Of a DNA stretch of 64,000 nt, positions 9,688 through 20,180 are shown one piece after another; the stretch's first letter is position 1; each line of letters begins with the position of its first letter. Position numbers and translations under genes: made by a program. Origin of the DNA: Methylobacter sp. Lineage in GTDB: Bacteria > Pseudomonadota > Gammaproteobacteria > Methylococcales > Methylomonadaceae. The DNA is taken from contig NZ_JALOCF010000012.1 in the NCBI RefSeq assembly GCF_023227905.1, forward strand, positions 32,618-96,617. Direction: 5' to 3'. Below the pieces are notes generated by a model. That model was not told the DNA's origin, did not search any database, and was given only the letters and a program-made list of their open reading frames with translations.

Positions 9688-11025
9688 ATGAGTCTGCGCT
9701 ACCAAATTAATATACGAATTTTGATCTCTTCCCTGTGCATCCTGATACTGGGTGGATCGATAGCCATCTGGCAGGCGCGCGGTGCTGTGACTAAGGAAAT
9801 CGATTCGTCCATCAATCTGGCTGTCCAGTTGATAACATTCGGCTTTTCGCAAGCCTCACAAACTCCGCTTAATAAAACCGATTGGTTACTGAAATTTAAT
9901 TCCCTAAATCAGACCCGGCACTTAAGCATTCAACTAAAAGAACCTTCAGGACAGATCATCAGTTTTGCCCATGGAAATCGACAAACCAATAATGTCGAAC
10001 TGCCCCCGCGATGGTTTATCGATCTGGTTGCAGTTCATTACCCCAAAGTTGAGCATCAAATCACTAGCTTTAACGGCGAACAAATCACCTTGGTTATTCA
10101 GGCCAACCCGCTAGATGAAATTACTGAAGTGTGGCAAGAAAGCATCGCCTCTTTTAGTTCGTTTTTCCTGCTAACATTATTTACCTTTTTGACCGTCAAC
10201 CTGGCTTTTAACAAAGCCCTTAAATCCATTGCAGTGATTGTCGAGGCGTTAAAAGTCATTGAGACCGGACAGTACCAGCAAAAACTACCCGATTTTTCGA
10301 TCCAGGAATATGACAGTATCGCCAAAGCCATCAATCACATGACCGGTGAGCTGAGTGCCAGCCAACAGGAAAACCGTGCATTAACCCAACACACCCTGGC
10401 AATACAGGAAGACGAACGGCAACGGCTCTCTCAGGAATTGCATGATGAACTGGGACAATCGCTGACTGCCATTAAAGTCATGGCAGTAACCACTGGGCGC
10501 TCCCCAACCGAAGCAAGGACCGACATCAAACAGGCTACCGACTCCATCATCAGTATCTGCGATCATTTAATGACCGTAGTGCGTTCGATGATGCATCAAC
10601 TGCATCCTTTGGTATTAACGGAGCTGGGACTCAAAGCGACCATGGAAGACCTGTTAAACCACTGGTCAATGAGAAACCCGGAGTTAAAACTCACCATTAC
10701 CTGCCCTGACGAGGTCGATGATCTGGAGCAAAAGATCAGCATTCAAATATTTAGAGTCGTGCAGGAATGCCTGACCAATATCGTACGGCATGCCCAAGCA
10801 AGCCAAGCCGCAATTAGCCTGGAAATTGAGCATCAAACCGACACAGGGCCAAAGCTGCGGCTACAGGTAACCGACAACGGCCAAGGCTGCGCCGCCAACA
10901 GGATTAAAACCGGTTTCGGCTTATTGGGCATGCGGGAAAGAATCAACAGCCTGGGCGGCAACTTCACCATACAGACTCAGCCGCAGCTGGGCATGACTAT
11001 CACCGCAACCATTCCGTTATCATGA
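9688..11025 (+). CDS. Membrane sensor histidine kinase (HAMP, HisKA_3), MoxY/MxaY-like
   Basis: Two TM segments, HAMP, H-box ERQRLSQELHDELGQ, N-box ECLTNIVRHA, DNGQG, GFGLLGMRER; MoxY resemblance is recalled, not searched. Confidence 0.85.
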   Translation: MSLRYQINIRILISSLCILILGGSIAIWQARGAVTKEIDSSINLAVQLITFGFSQASQTPLNKTDWLLKFNSLNQTRHLSIQLKEPSGQIISFAHGNRQTNNVELPPRWFIDLVAVHYPKVEHQITSFNGEQITLVIQANPLDEITEVWQESIASFSSFFLLTLFTFLTVNLAFNKALKSIAVIVEALKVIETGQYQQKLPDFSIQEYDSIAKAINHMTGELSASQQENRALTQHTLAIQEDERQRLSQELHDELGQSLTAIKVMAVTTGRSPTEARTDIKQATDSIISICDHLMTVVRSMMHQLHPLVLTELGLKATMEDLLNHWSMRNPELKLTITCPDEVDDLEQKISIQIFRVVQECLTNIVRHAQASQAAISLEIEHQTDTGPKLRLQVTDNGQGCAANRIKTGFGLLGMRERINSLGGNFTIQTQPQLGMTITATIPLS

Positions 11026-11666
11026 GCGACAAGATAAAAGTGATCCTCGTTGACGACCATGCTGTAGTGCGCGCAGGTTTTCGGATGTTGCTGTCGGCCG
11101 AGGCCAATATTGACGTGATCGCCGAAGCCGAGCGTGGCGAAGCGGCTTGCCAGCTGTATCTGGAGCAACAACCCGATGTAATGGTGCTGGACTTATCAAT
11201 GCCCGGCATCGGCGGACTGGAAAGCATACGCCGCATCTGCAACCGAGACAGTGGCGCCAAAATACTGGTCTTTAGCGTTCACGATGAAATGGTTTATGTA
11301 GATAGAGCCATGAATGCCGGTGCCAAAGGCTATATCACCAAAAACAGCGCCCCCGACATTTTGGTAACGGCGATACAAAAAATAGCCGCAGGCGAGATTT
11401 ATATAGAGCATGCTTTGATGAAAAACATGCCTGCACAAGCTAGCGAGACCGATTACCAAACCATCGTAGATTCCCTGTCCGCCAGAGAATTCGACGTATT
11501 CCTGCTGCTGGCGAAAGGCTTTACTGGCCATAAAATAGCCGATGAACTATGCCTGGGCTATAAAACCGTCGCCAATTACGGCACGCGAATAAGAAGTAAA
11601 CTTAACGTTTCAAGCGTCGCCGAACTGGCGCATATTGCGATGGTTCTGGGAGTAATGAAGAATTGA
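11022..11666 (+). CDS. NarL/LuxR-family response regulator, cognate of the upstream kinase
   Basis: LVDDH, DLSMPG, GYITK, C-terminal LSAREFDV...IADEL HTH; ATGA overlap. Confidence 0.93.
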   Translation: MSDKIKVILVDDHAVVRAGFRMLLSAEANIDVIAEAERGEAACQLYLEQQPDVMVLDLSMPGIGGLESIRRICNRDSGAKILVFSVHDEMVYVDRAMNAGAKGYITKNSAPDILVTAIQKIAAGEIYIEHALMKNMPAQASETDYQTIVDSLSAREFDVFLLLAKGFTGHKIADELCLGYKTVANYGTRIRSKLNVSSVAELAHIAMVLGVMKN

Positions 11667-11669
11667 GCA

Positions 11670-11688
11670 GGCTGCGCATCGCGCAGCC
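11670..11688. terminator. Hairpin between convergent genes
   Basis: GGCTGCGC-ATC-GCGCAGCC. Confidence 0.5.
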
Positions 11689-11702
11689 ATTACCCTGCTC
11701 CC

Positions 11703-12239
11703 TCAATGCCAGCCGCCGTATTGTTTAGTCGGATCACCGCGCCAACCCGTTGTGGTCTTGTTGGCATCGGGAGTATGTACAATGCCCGATGCCGCACGGG
11801 TCATATTGGCATGCGTATAGCCGCCCATCGCTTTTGCCGCTTTAGCTACCGCCGTCGTCGAGGGATTAATATCGTATTTCGTAATCGTGTCGTGAATGAC
11901 CGCTGTAACCAGCTTCTCCGTGCCCGGCCCGGAAGAAAACGCCAACAGAATCGGTAAAACCGTATTGGCTGGCACTTCCACGCTGTAATGGCCGTCATTT
12001 ACAGTCGTTTGGGTAATTAAACGATCGTTTTCATCGGTTACTTCCACGATGCCGGTTTTAATCACGCCTTTGTCATTACTGACAATCCCCTCTAAAACAG
12101 TCGCTTGTGCATATTTTTTTACCGGGGCTTGACTGACTTTTGCCGTTTTCTGCTCTTGCTCGCAACCGATAATTCCAAAACCAGTCAAGGCCAGCACTGC
12201 CGTAAATAAAATTGTGCGATTCATCTTTCCTCCTACCAA
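11703..12239 (-). CDS. Hypothetical lipoprotein with a beta-sandwich-like domain
   Basis: Signal peptide with lipobox-like IIGC (probable start MNRTIL). Confidence 0.65.
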   Translation of the reverse strand: MVGGKMNRTILFTAVLALTGFGIIGCEQEQKTAKVSQAPVKKYAQATVLEGIVSNDKGVIKTGIVEVTDENDRLITQTTVNDGHYSVEVPANTVLPILLAFSSGPGTEKLVTAVIHDTITKYDINPSTTAVAKAAKAMGGYTHANMTRAASGIVHTPDANKTTTGWRGDPTKQYGGWH

Positions 12240-12309
12240 TGCCTAGCGTTATTGCTGCAAAGTACATTGGATTATAGTGCCCAAGCTATTCCCGGCAAAA
12301 ACAAAAAAC

Positions 12310-14679
12310 CTAAAACTCTTCCCACCCCCCCGAACCGGCTGTCGTCAATGACGCTTTAAGCCTGGCCGTCGGCGGGACAAGGCGGTAAGCGTCGGCCGAG
12401 CTGTCCGCCACCTTAAACCCGCTCACCGTCGCCACCAACGCTTGCGCCTGTTGTTCCAGCGATTCGGCCGCCGCCGCGGCTTGCTCGACCAGCGCGGCAT
12501 TTTGCTGGGTGACGTCATCCATTTGCGTGATAGCCTGGCCCACCTGCTCGATGCCGGCGCTTTGCTCGGCGGACGCGGCGGTAATCTCGCTCATCATGTC
12601 GGTCACGCCCTGCACGGAACTGACGATTTCCTCCATGGTCTGTCCGGCTTGGGCGACCAGCCGGCTACCGCCGGAGACCTTGCTGAGCGAGTCGGTAATC
12701 AGGTCCTTGATTTCCCCGGCCGCGGTCGCGGCGCGTTGCGCGAGATTGCGCACCTCGACGGCGACCACTGCAAAACCCCGGCCTTGTTCGCCGGCGCGGG
12801 CGGCTTCCACGGCCGCATTCAGCGCCAGGATATTGGTCTGGAAGGCGATGTCGTCGATCACCGAAATGATATCGCCGATCTTCCGGGACGATTCATTGAT
12901 GTCAGCCATCGTCCGTACGACCCGGTCGACCACGGCAACGCCCTGGCCGGCGATGCCGGTGGCGTCTGCGGCAAGCCGGTTCGCCTGCTGGGCGTTTGCG
13001 GAATTATGCTGCACGGTGGAGGTCAGCTGTTCCATGCTGGCGGCGGTTTGTTGCAGGCTGGCAGCCTGCTGTTCGGTACGGTGCGACAGGTCGTTGTTGC
13101 CGGACGCGATTTCCCGGGTGCCGGTGTTAATGCCGTCGGCAGCGGCCTGGATCCGGCTGATGACCTCCTTGAGTTTTTCTACCGTGGTGTTGGCGTCTTC
13201 TTTGAGCTGGCCGAACAGGCCGGCATAGTCGCTGCGAATGGTCTCGGTCAGGTCGCCGCGGGACAAGGCATTGAGCACCCGCACCACGTCATTGAGTCCG
13301 GCCTCGCTAGTCTGCATCAGCCGGTTGATGTCGGCCCCCAGATGGCGCAAAAAGCCTTCCTTGCCGTCCAGCTCCAGGCGCAGGCTGAAGTCGCCCCGGG
13401 CCGCGGCCTCGACGATGCGGGCGACTTCATTCTCGGCGATGACCTCGTCGGTGCGGTCGTGCCATTCGGCGACCGTGCCCAGCCGTTGGCCCTGCTCGTT
13501 GACGACCGGGTTGGCGATCACTTCCATCGACCGACCGCCGACCGTCATGCCGGCGGTATAGGTGCCGGTTAAGGCGGCCAGCAGGTCGGCCTGGTGCGAG
13601 GGATGGGCGTGGAAATCATCGATGCGGGCGCCGACCAGGCGGTCGATCGAGACGCTTGCCCCGCCGTTGCGCGAGGTAGCTTCCCTGTCGGTCTTGCCGA
13701 GAATCTTGATCACTTCCCGGTTGGCGTAGATGATGCGGCGGTCGTTGTCGGCGATCATCACGCCGGTGCTGACGTTGTCCAACGCGATCTTGACGCGCAG
13801 GGTTTCGTCGGCGGCTTTCCGATCCGCTGTGATGCGCTCCAGCAGTTGTTGCTGCATGTGTTTCATCGCATATAGCAAACTGCTTTTGTCGTTCCGATCA
13901 ACCTGAATATCCCGATTTAAATTGCCTTCGGCAATTTCCATGGCAATCGCTTTTGCAAAGTAAGGGTCAATGCCCAAACTCTTGTTCAGGTAGCGGGTTA
14001 AGTAAACAGCAATACCCAATCCCAGGCCGATGCCGGTCAAAGATATGACCAGCATGATCATGGACGCACGCTGGGTTGATTCGACAATGGCATGGGCGTT
14101 ATTTTTAGCGTCGTTCACACCCTGATTTTTAATTCTGTTGAGTTGCGTGCGCAGGTTTTTCGCCAGTTTATTGAAATCGTTCAGAACCTGGTTACCGGCA
14201 TCTACGCCCTCGGCAGAGTAGACCGCGGTCATGCGCTTGCCTTCGCTGTAGTACCAGTCAAAAGCGGTATCGAGGGCCGCCAATTCTTTCAACTTCATCT
14301 CGGATGAAGCGAAATTGTTTAATGTTGCACCCTGGCTGGACTGAGCGGATTCCGAATTCGTTGAGGCATCCGCCTGCAGACGCTCACGAAACTGTGCAAT
14401 GCCCTGCTTGAAGTCTTCGACAGCCCTTTGGGCATCCTGAAAACTGTCCGGGTCCTGGCTGATTGAAGCCTGGGTAAGCAGTTGTTGTACTTGGACGGTA
14501 TAAACCGCCATACGCTCTGCCAACAACGCATTGGGCAAATAGGTATCATCTACTTTCGCGACATCGCGCTGAGTCTGCGAAAAACTAAGCAAACCCACGC
14601 CAACTATGCCTATCATCAAACTGATGATGGCGAGAAAACCGAGTAATATACGGACTTTGAAACTTATATAACCAAACAT
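12310..14679 (-). CDS. Methyl-accepting chemotaxis protein: periplasmic domain, Aer2-type PAS, HAMP, MCP signalling domain
   Basis: Two TMs; [13 protein letters not shown]...[11 protein letters not shown]...[37 protein letters not shown]-terminal GWEEF. Confidence 0.93.
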   Translation of the reverse strand: MFGYISFKVRILLGFLAIISLMIGIVGVGLLSFSQTQRDVAKVDDTYLPNALLAERMAVYTVQVQQLLTQASISQDPDSFQDAQRAVEDFKQGIAQFRERLQADASTNSESAQSSQGATLNNFASSEMKLKELAALDTAFDWYYSEGKRMTAVYSAEGVDAGNQVLNDFNKLAKNLRTQLNRIKNQGVNDAKNNAHAIVESTQRASMIMLVISLTGIGLGLGIAVYLTRYLNKSLGIDPYFAKAIAMEIAEGNLNRDIQVDRNDKSSLLYAMKHMQQQLLERITADRKAADETLRVKIALDNVSTGVMIADNDRRIIYANREVIKILGKTDREATSRNGGASVSIDRLVGARIDDFHAHPSHQADLLAALTGTYTAGMTVGGRSMEVIANPVVNEQGQRLGTVAEWHDRTDEVIAENEVARIVEAAARGDFSLRLELDGKEGFLRHLGADINRLMQTSEAGLNDVVRVLNALSRGDLTETIRSDYAGLFGQLKEDANTTVEKLKEVISRIQAAADGINTGTREIASGNNDLSHRTEQQAASLQQTAASMEQLTSTVQHNSANAQQANRLAADATGIAGQGVAVVDRVVRTMADINESSRKIGDIISVIDDIAFQTNILALNAAVEAARAGEQGRGFAVVAVEVRNLAQRAATAAGEIKDLITDSLSKVSGGSRLVAQAGQTMEEIVSSVQGVTDMMSEITAASAEQSAGIEQVGQAITQMDDVTQQNAALVEQAAAAAESLEQQAQALVATVSGFKVADSSADAYRLVPPTARLKASLTTAGSGGWEEF

Positions 14680-14756
14680 TTTAAGAACCTTTTTATATTA
14701 TTTACTAGTTCCACGCTTTCACGTTGTATAAGGAAAATGGGATATCCGCTTAAGGG

Positions 14757-16553
14757 TTAATTAACCACATGCAGTTTTGTAACTGTCCCATAAGCAGAAA
14801 ATTGAAGATTTTTTCTGCCTTTTTCCACTTTCCGTTGGTTAATAAACAAACTATTCCCTTCAATTTTTTTGGCCTGTTTTTTGGCTTCGGATGCTAAATC
14901 GGCTATATCCACATGCGACTGACATTGACTGGTTGCAACTGAATCCACCAAGCCAATCGACAAACTGATCAACGGAAAAAAGCATTTTTCTCCCGCTCTG
15001 TTTTCAGTAAAGATACCGCCCGTTTTGACATCCTCATCTTTGTAATAGCTGGGGACGGTTCCCTGAAAGTCGTTCAAAATATTTTTACAGCACTTTCCCC
15101 AATCATCACCGGTAAAAATGACTATAAAATCATCTCCGCCGACATGCCCTACCAGGCCGCTCTCAGCAGGAATGTGTTGAGTCAGCGTGTTGGCAACGGC
15201 TTTAATAATATCGTCGCCCGCGCTGTAGCCGTACACATCATTAAACGGCTTGAAGTTGTCCAGATCAAAGTAGCCGAAACTAAAAGGTACTTTGGCTGCC
15301 AACAATTGGTCGATCTGGTCATTGACGGGAACGCTACCTGGCAACAGCGTAAGAGGATTGGCGTGTTTGGCGTTATGGATTTGCTGACGGGTGATTTCTT
15401 CGAGCAGTTTCAATATCGTCCCTATCCCTGCATATTCCCCGTTATGGGTGATAATAAAAGCCTGATCATTACGCATTATCGACGTCAGTTGTTTGCTGAC
15501 CAGTTCAATGGGGGTGTCTTGATCAAAACTTAACGGCGTTTTGTCTATGAACGACTTTATGGGCTTTTTTCCATACAGTTCTATACCGTAGCGACTGGAA
15601 AACAGTTTGGACAAAAAGTGGTCGCGGAAAATAAGGCCGGTCGCTGCATTGCCATCAACCAGCGGCAAAATAGTTAAGTCACTATCGTGATGGAATAAGC
15701 TCATGACGTCACTGATCGCGGTTTCTGACGAAACCGGCATTACATATTTAGCGAGATGAGCGGCTTTGATAGCGTTAAATTGATTTGGCTGGGCGCTGAT
15801 AATAAATAGGGATTTATCAACTTTCTCTAAAGGAACGGCCGTTGGCCTGGCAAAATAATAGCCCTGCGCGTGAGTAATGCCCATTTGCTCTACGGCTTTA
15901 AATTCCTCTTCCGTTTCGATGCCTTCAGCGATAACGTTGCAATTGAGAGAACTGGCAATGTTTTGAATGGAGCGTACAAAATTAAGCTTGACCGGGTCGT
16001 TATGGATGCCTTGTATAAAATGCATGTCGATTTTCACGTACTCAGGCTGTAACTCCGACCATAACCTCAATCCTGAGTAGCCGGCACCCAAATCATCGAT
16101 GGCGATTTCAAAGCCCATTTTCCGGTAATGGCTGACCGCTTCGCGCATTAATTGAAAATCATCCGTCGGCTGATGTTCGGTCAATTCAATTACCACATAT
16201 CGCGGATCAATGCCGAACTGGTCCAGCAGCTTAAGCGTTTCCCCTTTTTTAAAGTCCGGTTGCAGCAGCACAGATGGGCTTACGTTAATAAACAGCTTTT
16301 CCTTGATATTCAGGCTGGCGTAACGCTTTATGGTGACTTCCCGGCAGATGTATTCAAGTTTGGTGCTTAAATCGAAACGTTCGGCCGTGTCGAACAAGTT
16401 AAACGGGCTGTGCAGCGAGCTATCGGATGGCCCGCGGATCAAGGCTTCGTAGCCTATGATTTTCTTTTGCGCTAAAGAAACAATGGGCTGAAAATGAGGC
16501 GTTAATTGCTTGCCGTTAAGAATTTTTATGAGTTCGGTATGCAGGATTGACAT
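14757..16553 (-). CDS. EAL-CBS-GGDEF c-di-GMP phosphodiesterase/cyclase (RapA-like architecture)
   Basis: YEALIRG, DDLGAGYSGL, central CBS-like region, DLDNFKPFND, HVGGDDF; probable start ATG 16553. Confidence 0.9.
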   Translation of the reverse strand: MSILHTELIKILNGKQLTPHFQPIVSLAQKKIIGYEALIRGPSDSSLHSPFNLFDTAERFDLSTKLEYICREVTIKRYASLNIKEKLFINVSPSVLLQPDFKKGETLKLLDQFGIDPRYVVIELTEHQPTDDFQLMREAVSHYRKMGFEIAIDDLGAGYSGLRLWSELQPEYVKIDMHFIQGIHNDPVKLNFVRSIQNIASSLNCNVIAEGIETEEEFKAVEQMGITHAQGYYFARPTAVPLEKVDKSLFIISAQPNQFNAIKAAHLAKYVMPVSSETAISDVMSLFHHDSDLTILPLVDGNAATGLIFRDHFLSKLFSSRYGIELYGKKPIKSFIDKTPLSFDQDTPIELVSKQLTSIMRNDQAFIITHNGEYAGIGTILKLLEEITRQQIHNAKHANPLTLLPGSVPVNDQIDQLLAAKVPFSFGYFDLDNFKPFNDVYGYSAGDDIIKAVANTLTQHIPAESGLVGHVGGDDFIVIFTGDDWGKCCKNILNDFQGTVPSYYKDEDVKTGGIFTENRAGEKCFFPLISLSIGLVDSVATSQCQSHVDIADLASEAKKQAKKIEGNSLFINQRKVEKGRKNLQFSAYGTVTKLHVVN

Positions 16554-16596
16554 GTAGTTCCGATTAAGCGCATAGGTATAAATACTTAAATCAGAA

Positions 16597-16648
16597 TATG
16601 ACAAGTTTATTACAGCAGTGTGACAGCTTTGTTATGTCATTATGACAA
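16597..16648 (-). promoter_or_regulatory. Pho-box-like array of 11-bp-period half-sites
   Basis: Minus strand TTGTCATAATG-ACATAACAAAG-CTGTCACACTG-CTGTAATAAAC-TTGTCATA. Confidence 0.7.
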
Positions 16649-16732
16649 TCAAAAACGCGGTCTTGTTTTGCGCTATCGTTTGACGATTAATTCCGGTAAC
16701 ACGCTGGTAATTAATCGCCTGTCTAAAGGCAT

Positions 16733-16828
16733 AACCACGAAGGCACGAACAGTTTCGACAATGGAGTAAAGCTCGAAACATAAAGAAAAATCCGGGTAAA
16801 AGCTTTGTGTCTTCGTGCCTTCGTGGTT
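16733..16828. repeat. Dispersed inverted repeat, family B (ACCACGAAGGCACGAA...TTCGTGCCTTCGTGGT)
   Basis: 17-bp inverted arms; the same arms occur at 54406-54498 and a related half at about 40781-40806. Confidence 0.8.
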
Positions 16829-16926
16829 TTAGTTGACGGGGCGAGCGGGCCGCTAATTCACTTACAGCCCATGGCATCCGCGCTTTTTAATTTAACTATA
16901 ATATTTGTTCCGGATACCCCCGATCA

Positions 16927-17718
16927 TTAGATTTCTCCTTCCCGAGAAGTTTCCATTTCCAGGTTAGCAAATTCATGTTGTTCCAGTTTGCCATCTTTTC
17001 CGGCATCGACCTTGTCAAAGACTCGTAGCAGTTCAGGAAAGTTTTGCAATTCATCCTTGGTAATGTAGTGATCGCCATTGACATCGGCTTGACAAAATGT
17101 AGGGTATAAAGGAAATTCCCCCGTATTTCTTTCAGACCTTTGTACAGGAGGTTTTTGTTCACCTGCAAATGGACATTCAGTCTTCGGCGCATTGGCTTGC
17201 TGAGTGCTTTGATCGGTAGCGCCTTGACTGCCCTGCTGAGTGCTTTGGCGGTTAGCATCTTGACTACCTTGCTGAGTGCTTTGACCAGTGGCGCCTTGAC
17301 TACCAGAAGCGGGGGCTTGGCCGCTAGTTCCTGCTGTAGCGGATGGTTCGCTTGGCTTTGTAGTTTCCTGACTCGGTGTGCCGGCAGCGGCTTGGCCCGC
17401 CTCCCCGCCCTTTTCGCCTGTGCTTGTGGCTTGTTCAGCTTTTTTAGCTTCAGTCTCACTTGCCCCTGAAGGCTGCGCAGGTTTTTGGCTGCCGGTTTCC
17501 GTGGTACTTGACGGACCTTGATAAGGGACATATCGGTAATATAAATCGGTATCTTCAGTGCCGGCGTTTACCGAATTGGATGCAAGACTAAGGCTGATGC
17601 TTATAATGACCAGCCAAACCGGTAAACTGAAAATTTTAAAAAAATTCAAGTTCGTCTGCTCTAACGGGCGCATATTTATGACGTCAGATATTTCATAAAC
17701 ACTTTTTTTGATTTTCAT
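16927..17718 (-). CDS. Exported protein with a low-complexity Q/S/T/G linker and a C-terminal EF-hand pair
   Basis: Hydrophobic N-terminal segment, QSTQQGSQ repeats, EF loops DVNGDHYITKDE and DAGKDGKLEQHE. Confidence 0.75.
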   Translation of the reverse strand: MKIKKSVYEISDVINMRPLEQTNLNFFKIFSLPVWLVIISISLSLASNSVNAGTEDTDLYYRYVPYQGPSSTTETGSQKPAQPSGASETEAKKAEQATSTGEKGGEAGQAAAGTPSQETTKPSEPSATAGTSGQAPASGSQGATGQSTQQGSQDANRQSTQQGSQGATDQSTQQANAPKTECPFAGEQKPPVQRSERNTGEFPLYPTFCQADVNGDHYITKDELQNFPELLRVFDKVDAGKDGKLEQHEFANLEMETSREGEI

Positions 17719-18643
17719 AATGGTTTCCTTATCTTTGGAGAGTTATAAAGATCAGCTTTATCGTGAAAATGATTTCAACGGTAATATCTAGTTGATTGCC
17801 TGCTCATGTGAAAATAACTATTAACGTTTGTGAGGGGTTAATAATGGCATGCCATTATCAATAAGATAGAAAATGACATCGAAGCCATGTTCAACTGCGT
17901 TCGGTTTAAGCACAAATCCCAAAAAAAACGGCGGATTCAAGCTGGATTAATCATATATGCACAAGTATTTTTAGTCGGTGCGCTATCACACAATGGCTTG
18001 AATACCAGCCCTGAACTTTAATCGCCTATTTGATCGTGTTTTTAATAGTTGTAGATGATGGAAAACTCCGGATAAACGGAGGAAAAATCCAACAACATGC
18101 CAAGCCTGTTCATTTGGTGAGCCAAAATAAGGGATCTTCAGGTCCAAATACCAGCTATCACGCCGAGTCCGCTTATTTGATGATCCAAAATATGGGCATC
18201 TCTCCTTTATTCCGATAGTCGTTGGGATGCAAAGAAATTTGCTGTATTAACCGTAACAATGAATAGCTCAGCAGTTTACAAAGCCTCGTTAAAACGGATA
18301 GCCAAGGATTGCCCATAAAAGAAAATTTCTTATAACCATGGATTTTATAAGAGCGAAGGTCAATAATACCCAGGGTCACTGATAACTAATGCTAGAGTTT
18401 TAGTCGTCAGCGAAGTTATGTTTTCTAAGTTATTTAAAACTGGGTAAATCTAAAACCTCAGTCCGATGAAACTGGTCTAGTCTTGGTAAGCGTTTACGAA
18501 GGCTAATCAGCTATGACGGCAAGGCCGCTCTCGTAGGATAGCCAGTGAAAATGGCTCGTCGGATTGCTGCCCAATGTCATCCCAAATACTCAAGCTGTAA
18601 TCTAACTTAGAGTTTCCTATTTAGCTCAATTGATAATAACTAT

Positions 18644-19936
18644 ATGAATGAAATGCTGTCTCCAGGCGAAGCGCTTATCTACCATTTTGCTAACCGCTAT
18701 CTCCGCCATTTATTGCCTGCGGAATACCGGGCTGCATTGCAAGACCGGTTTATCTGTGCCGAACAGAAGATAAAGGATGATCCCGAGGCGTTAGCCTGGA
18801 GCCAACGCGTATTGTGGCTACCACACTGGGACGGCGTGTTATCCAGTCCTGTTGCACTCGATGCGGTGGCGGAAACACTGTCCACGGCATTGCTAAAAAA
18901 CAGGCAAGTAACGATACGTTATCAAGGAAAAAAGGAGCTTCTTCAGTTCAATGTGTTTGGCTTAATTAAACGTGATGAGAGCTTGCTGGCTTTAGGTTCC
19001 TATGGCCAAAGTCGAGATCCGTTGGTGCTGGCGGCCCGCAAGATTTTGGCGATTGAGTTGACAGAGACTCCGGCCATTCAGCCAGCACCCGGTTTTGATG
19101 TGCAAGACTTCTTGCAGAGGCAATTGAATTTCCCTCATGCTCCCGAAAAAATCGCTTGTTTGCAAATAGAATTTGCTGAAGAACTCTACAGCTATGTGTG
19201 TGATCATGTATTGGTCGCTGAGCGAATCCATATCATTAAACCAGAGGATTATCATCATAACGGCTATTTTTTACTGGAAGCCTACGGTATTGCGGATGGC
19301 GAGCGGCTACGGCAATGGATCAGAGGTTTTGGCAGCCTGGCGCAAGTACTGAAACCAAATAATATGCGATTAATAATGGAGCAAGCCAGGCTCGATACCC
19401 GCACCAATTTGTTGACTGCCATTGAATTTCAACGCTGCTTGAAACGGGAAATTCAACGCTGCCTGCGCGATAACCAGATGACCTTTGCCTTGCTGATTCT
19501 CGATTTGGATCACTTCAAGCAGGTCAACGACCGTAACGGCCACGATTTTGGCGACGTTGTGCTCTTACAGGTTGCCGACTGCATCCGGGAATATGATGAA
19601 GCGGCCCGTCATGGCGGAGAAGAGTTCTGCATCTTATTGCCGGATACCCGTGCTGACGAGGCTCACGCTATTGCGGAACGGATTCGCCAAAGAATCGAGC
19701 AACAAGAGATCGAGAATCAGCAGGGTACCGTGGTGCCTGTTAGCACCAGTATCGGTTTAGCCGCTTATCCTGATGATTTGTCGGCAGAAATAAAATCAGA
19801 AATCTTGAGTAGTCATCATGCTGCTGAACTTAGCGAAAAAATTGGTTCGGCGATTTTTTATCAGGCTGACCAAGCACTATACAAAGCCAAAGCACAAGGC
19901 CGAAACCGGGTATACAGGGCGGTGGTATCAGCGTGA
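18644..19936 (+). CDS. WYL-WCX domain fused to a GGDEF diguanylate cyclase; no HTH
   Basis: LSTALLKNRQVTIRY...FGLIKRD...GFDVQDF (WYL); LRQWIRGFGSLAQVLKP (WCX); DLDHFKQVND, RxxD I-site (REYD), GGEEF, ADQALYKAK. Confidence 0.85.
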   Translation: MNEMLSPGEALIYHFANRYLRHLLPAEYRAALQDRFICAEQKIKDDPEALAWSQRVLWLPHWDGVLSSPVALDAVAETLSTALLKNRQVTIRYQGKKELLQFNVFGLIKRDESLLALGSYGQSRDPLVLAARKILAIELTETPAIQPAPGFDVQDFLQRQLNFPHAPEKIACLQIEFAEELYSYVCDHVLVAERIHIIKPEDYHHNGYFLLEAYGIADGERLRQWIRGFGSLAQVLKPNNMRLIMEQARLDTRTNLLTAIEFQRCLKREIQRCLRDNQMTFALLILDLDHFKQVNDRNGHDFGDVVLLQVADCIREYDEAARHGGEEFCILLPDTRADEAHAIAERIRQRIEQQEIENQQGTVVPVSTSIGLAAYPDDLSAEIKSEILSSHHAAELSEKIGSAIFYQADQALYKAKAQGRNRVYRAVVSA

Positions 19937-20180
19937 GCAAGATTAATGCGGCCGTATTAATCGGTAACAGAGGTCGCTAAACGATAATCAGCTTGGACAT
20001 AATCTTGCTTTTAGTTAACAGAATACATACCAACCTTGGTTCAACTATTAGAAGAAGGTAAAGTGGACCCCATACTGCCGCAGGCTCTAACTGCCATCAA
20101 CATTCTTGAGCATCTGCAATTCACTCAAAGCCCAGTCTTTCTTCAACTATTCTTTTTTTGTCCTCGTTTTAATGATGCCT

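Noticed and set aside
12442..13572. Long plus-strand ORFs (376 and 239 aa) opposite the chemoreceptor
   Set aside because: Antisense shadows of a GC-rich gene with no recognisable motifs; the same applies to 7208-7996 and 38543-39889
16896..17531. 211-aa basic ORF in an alternative frame
   Set aside because: Frame shadow of the low-complexity linker of the EF-hand gene
16927..17718. Lanmodulin assignment
   Set aside because: Only two EF hands, no position-2 Pro, different size and architecture
18000..18640. Possible lost HTH, partner gene or ncRNA upstream of WYL-GGDEF
   Set aside because: Only short stop-interrupted frames; no repeat or RNA motif I can recognise
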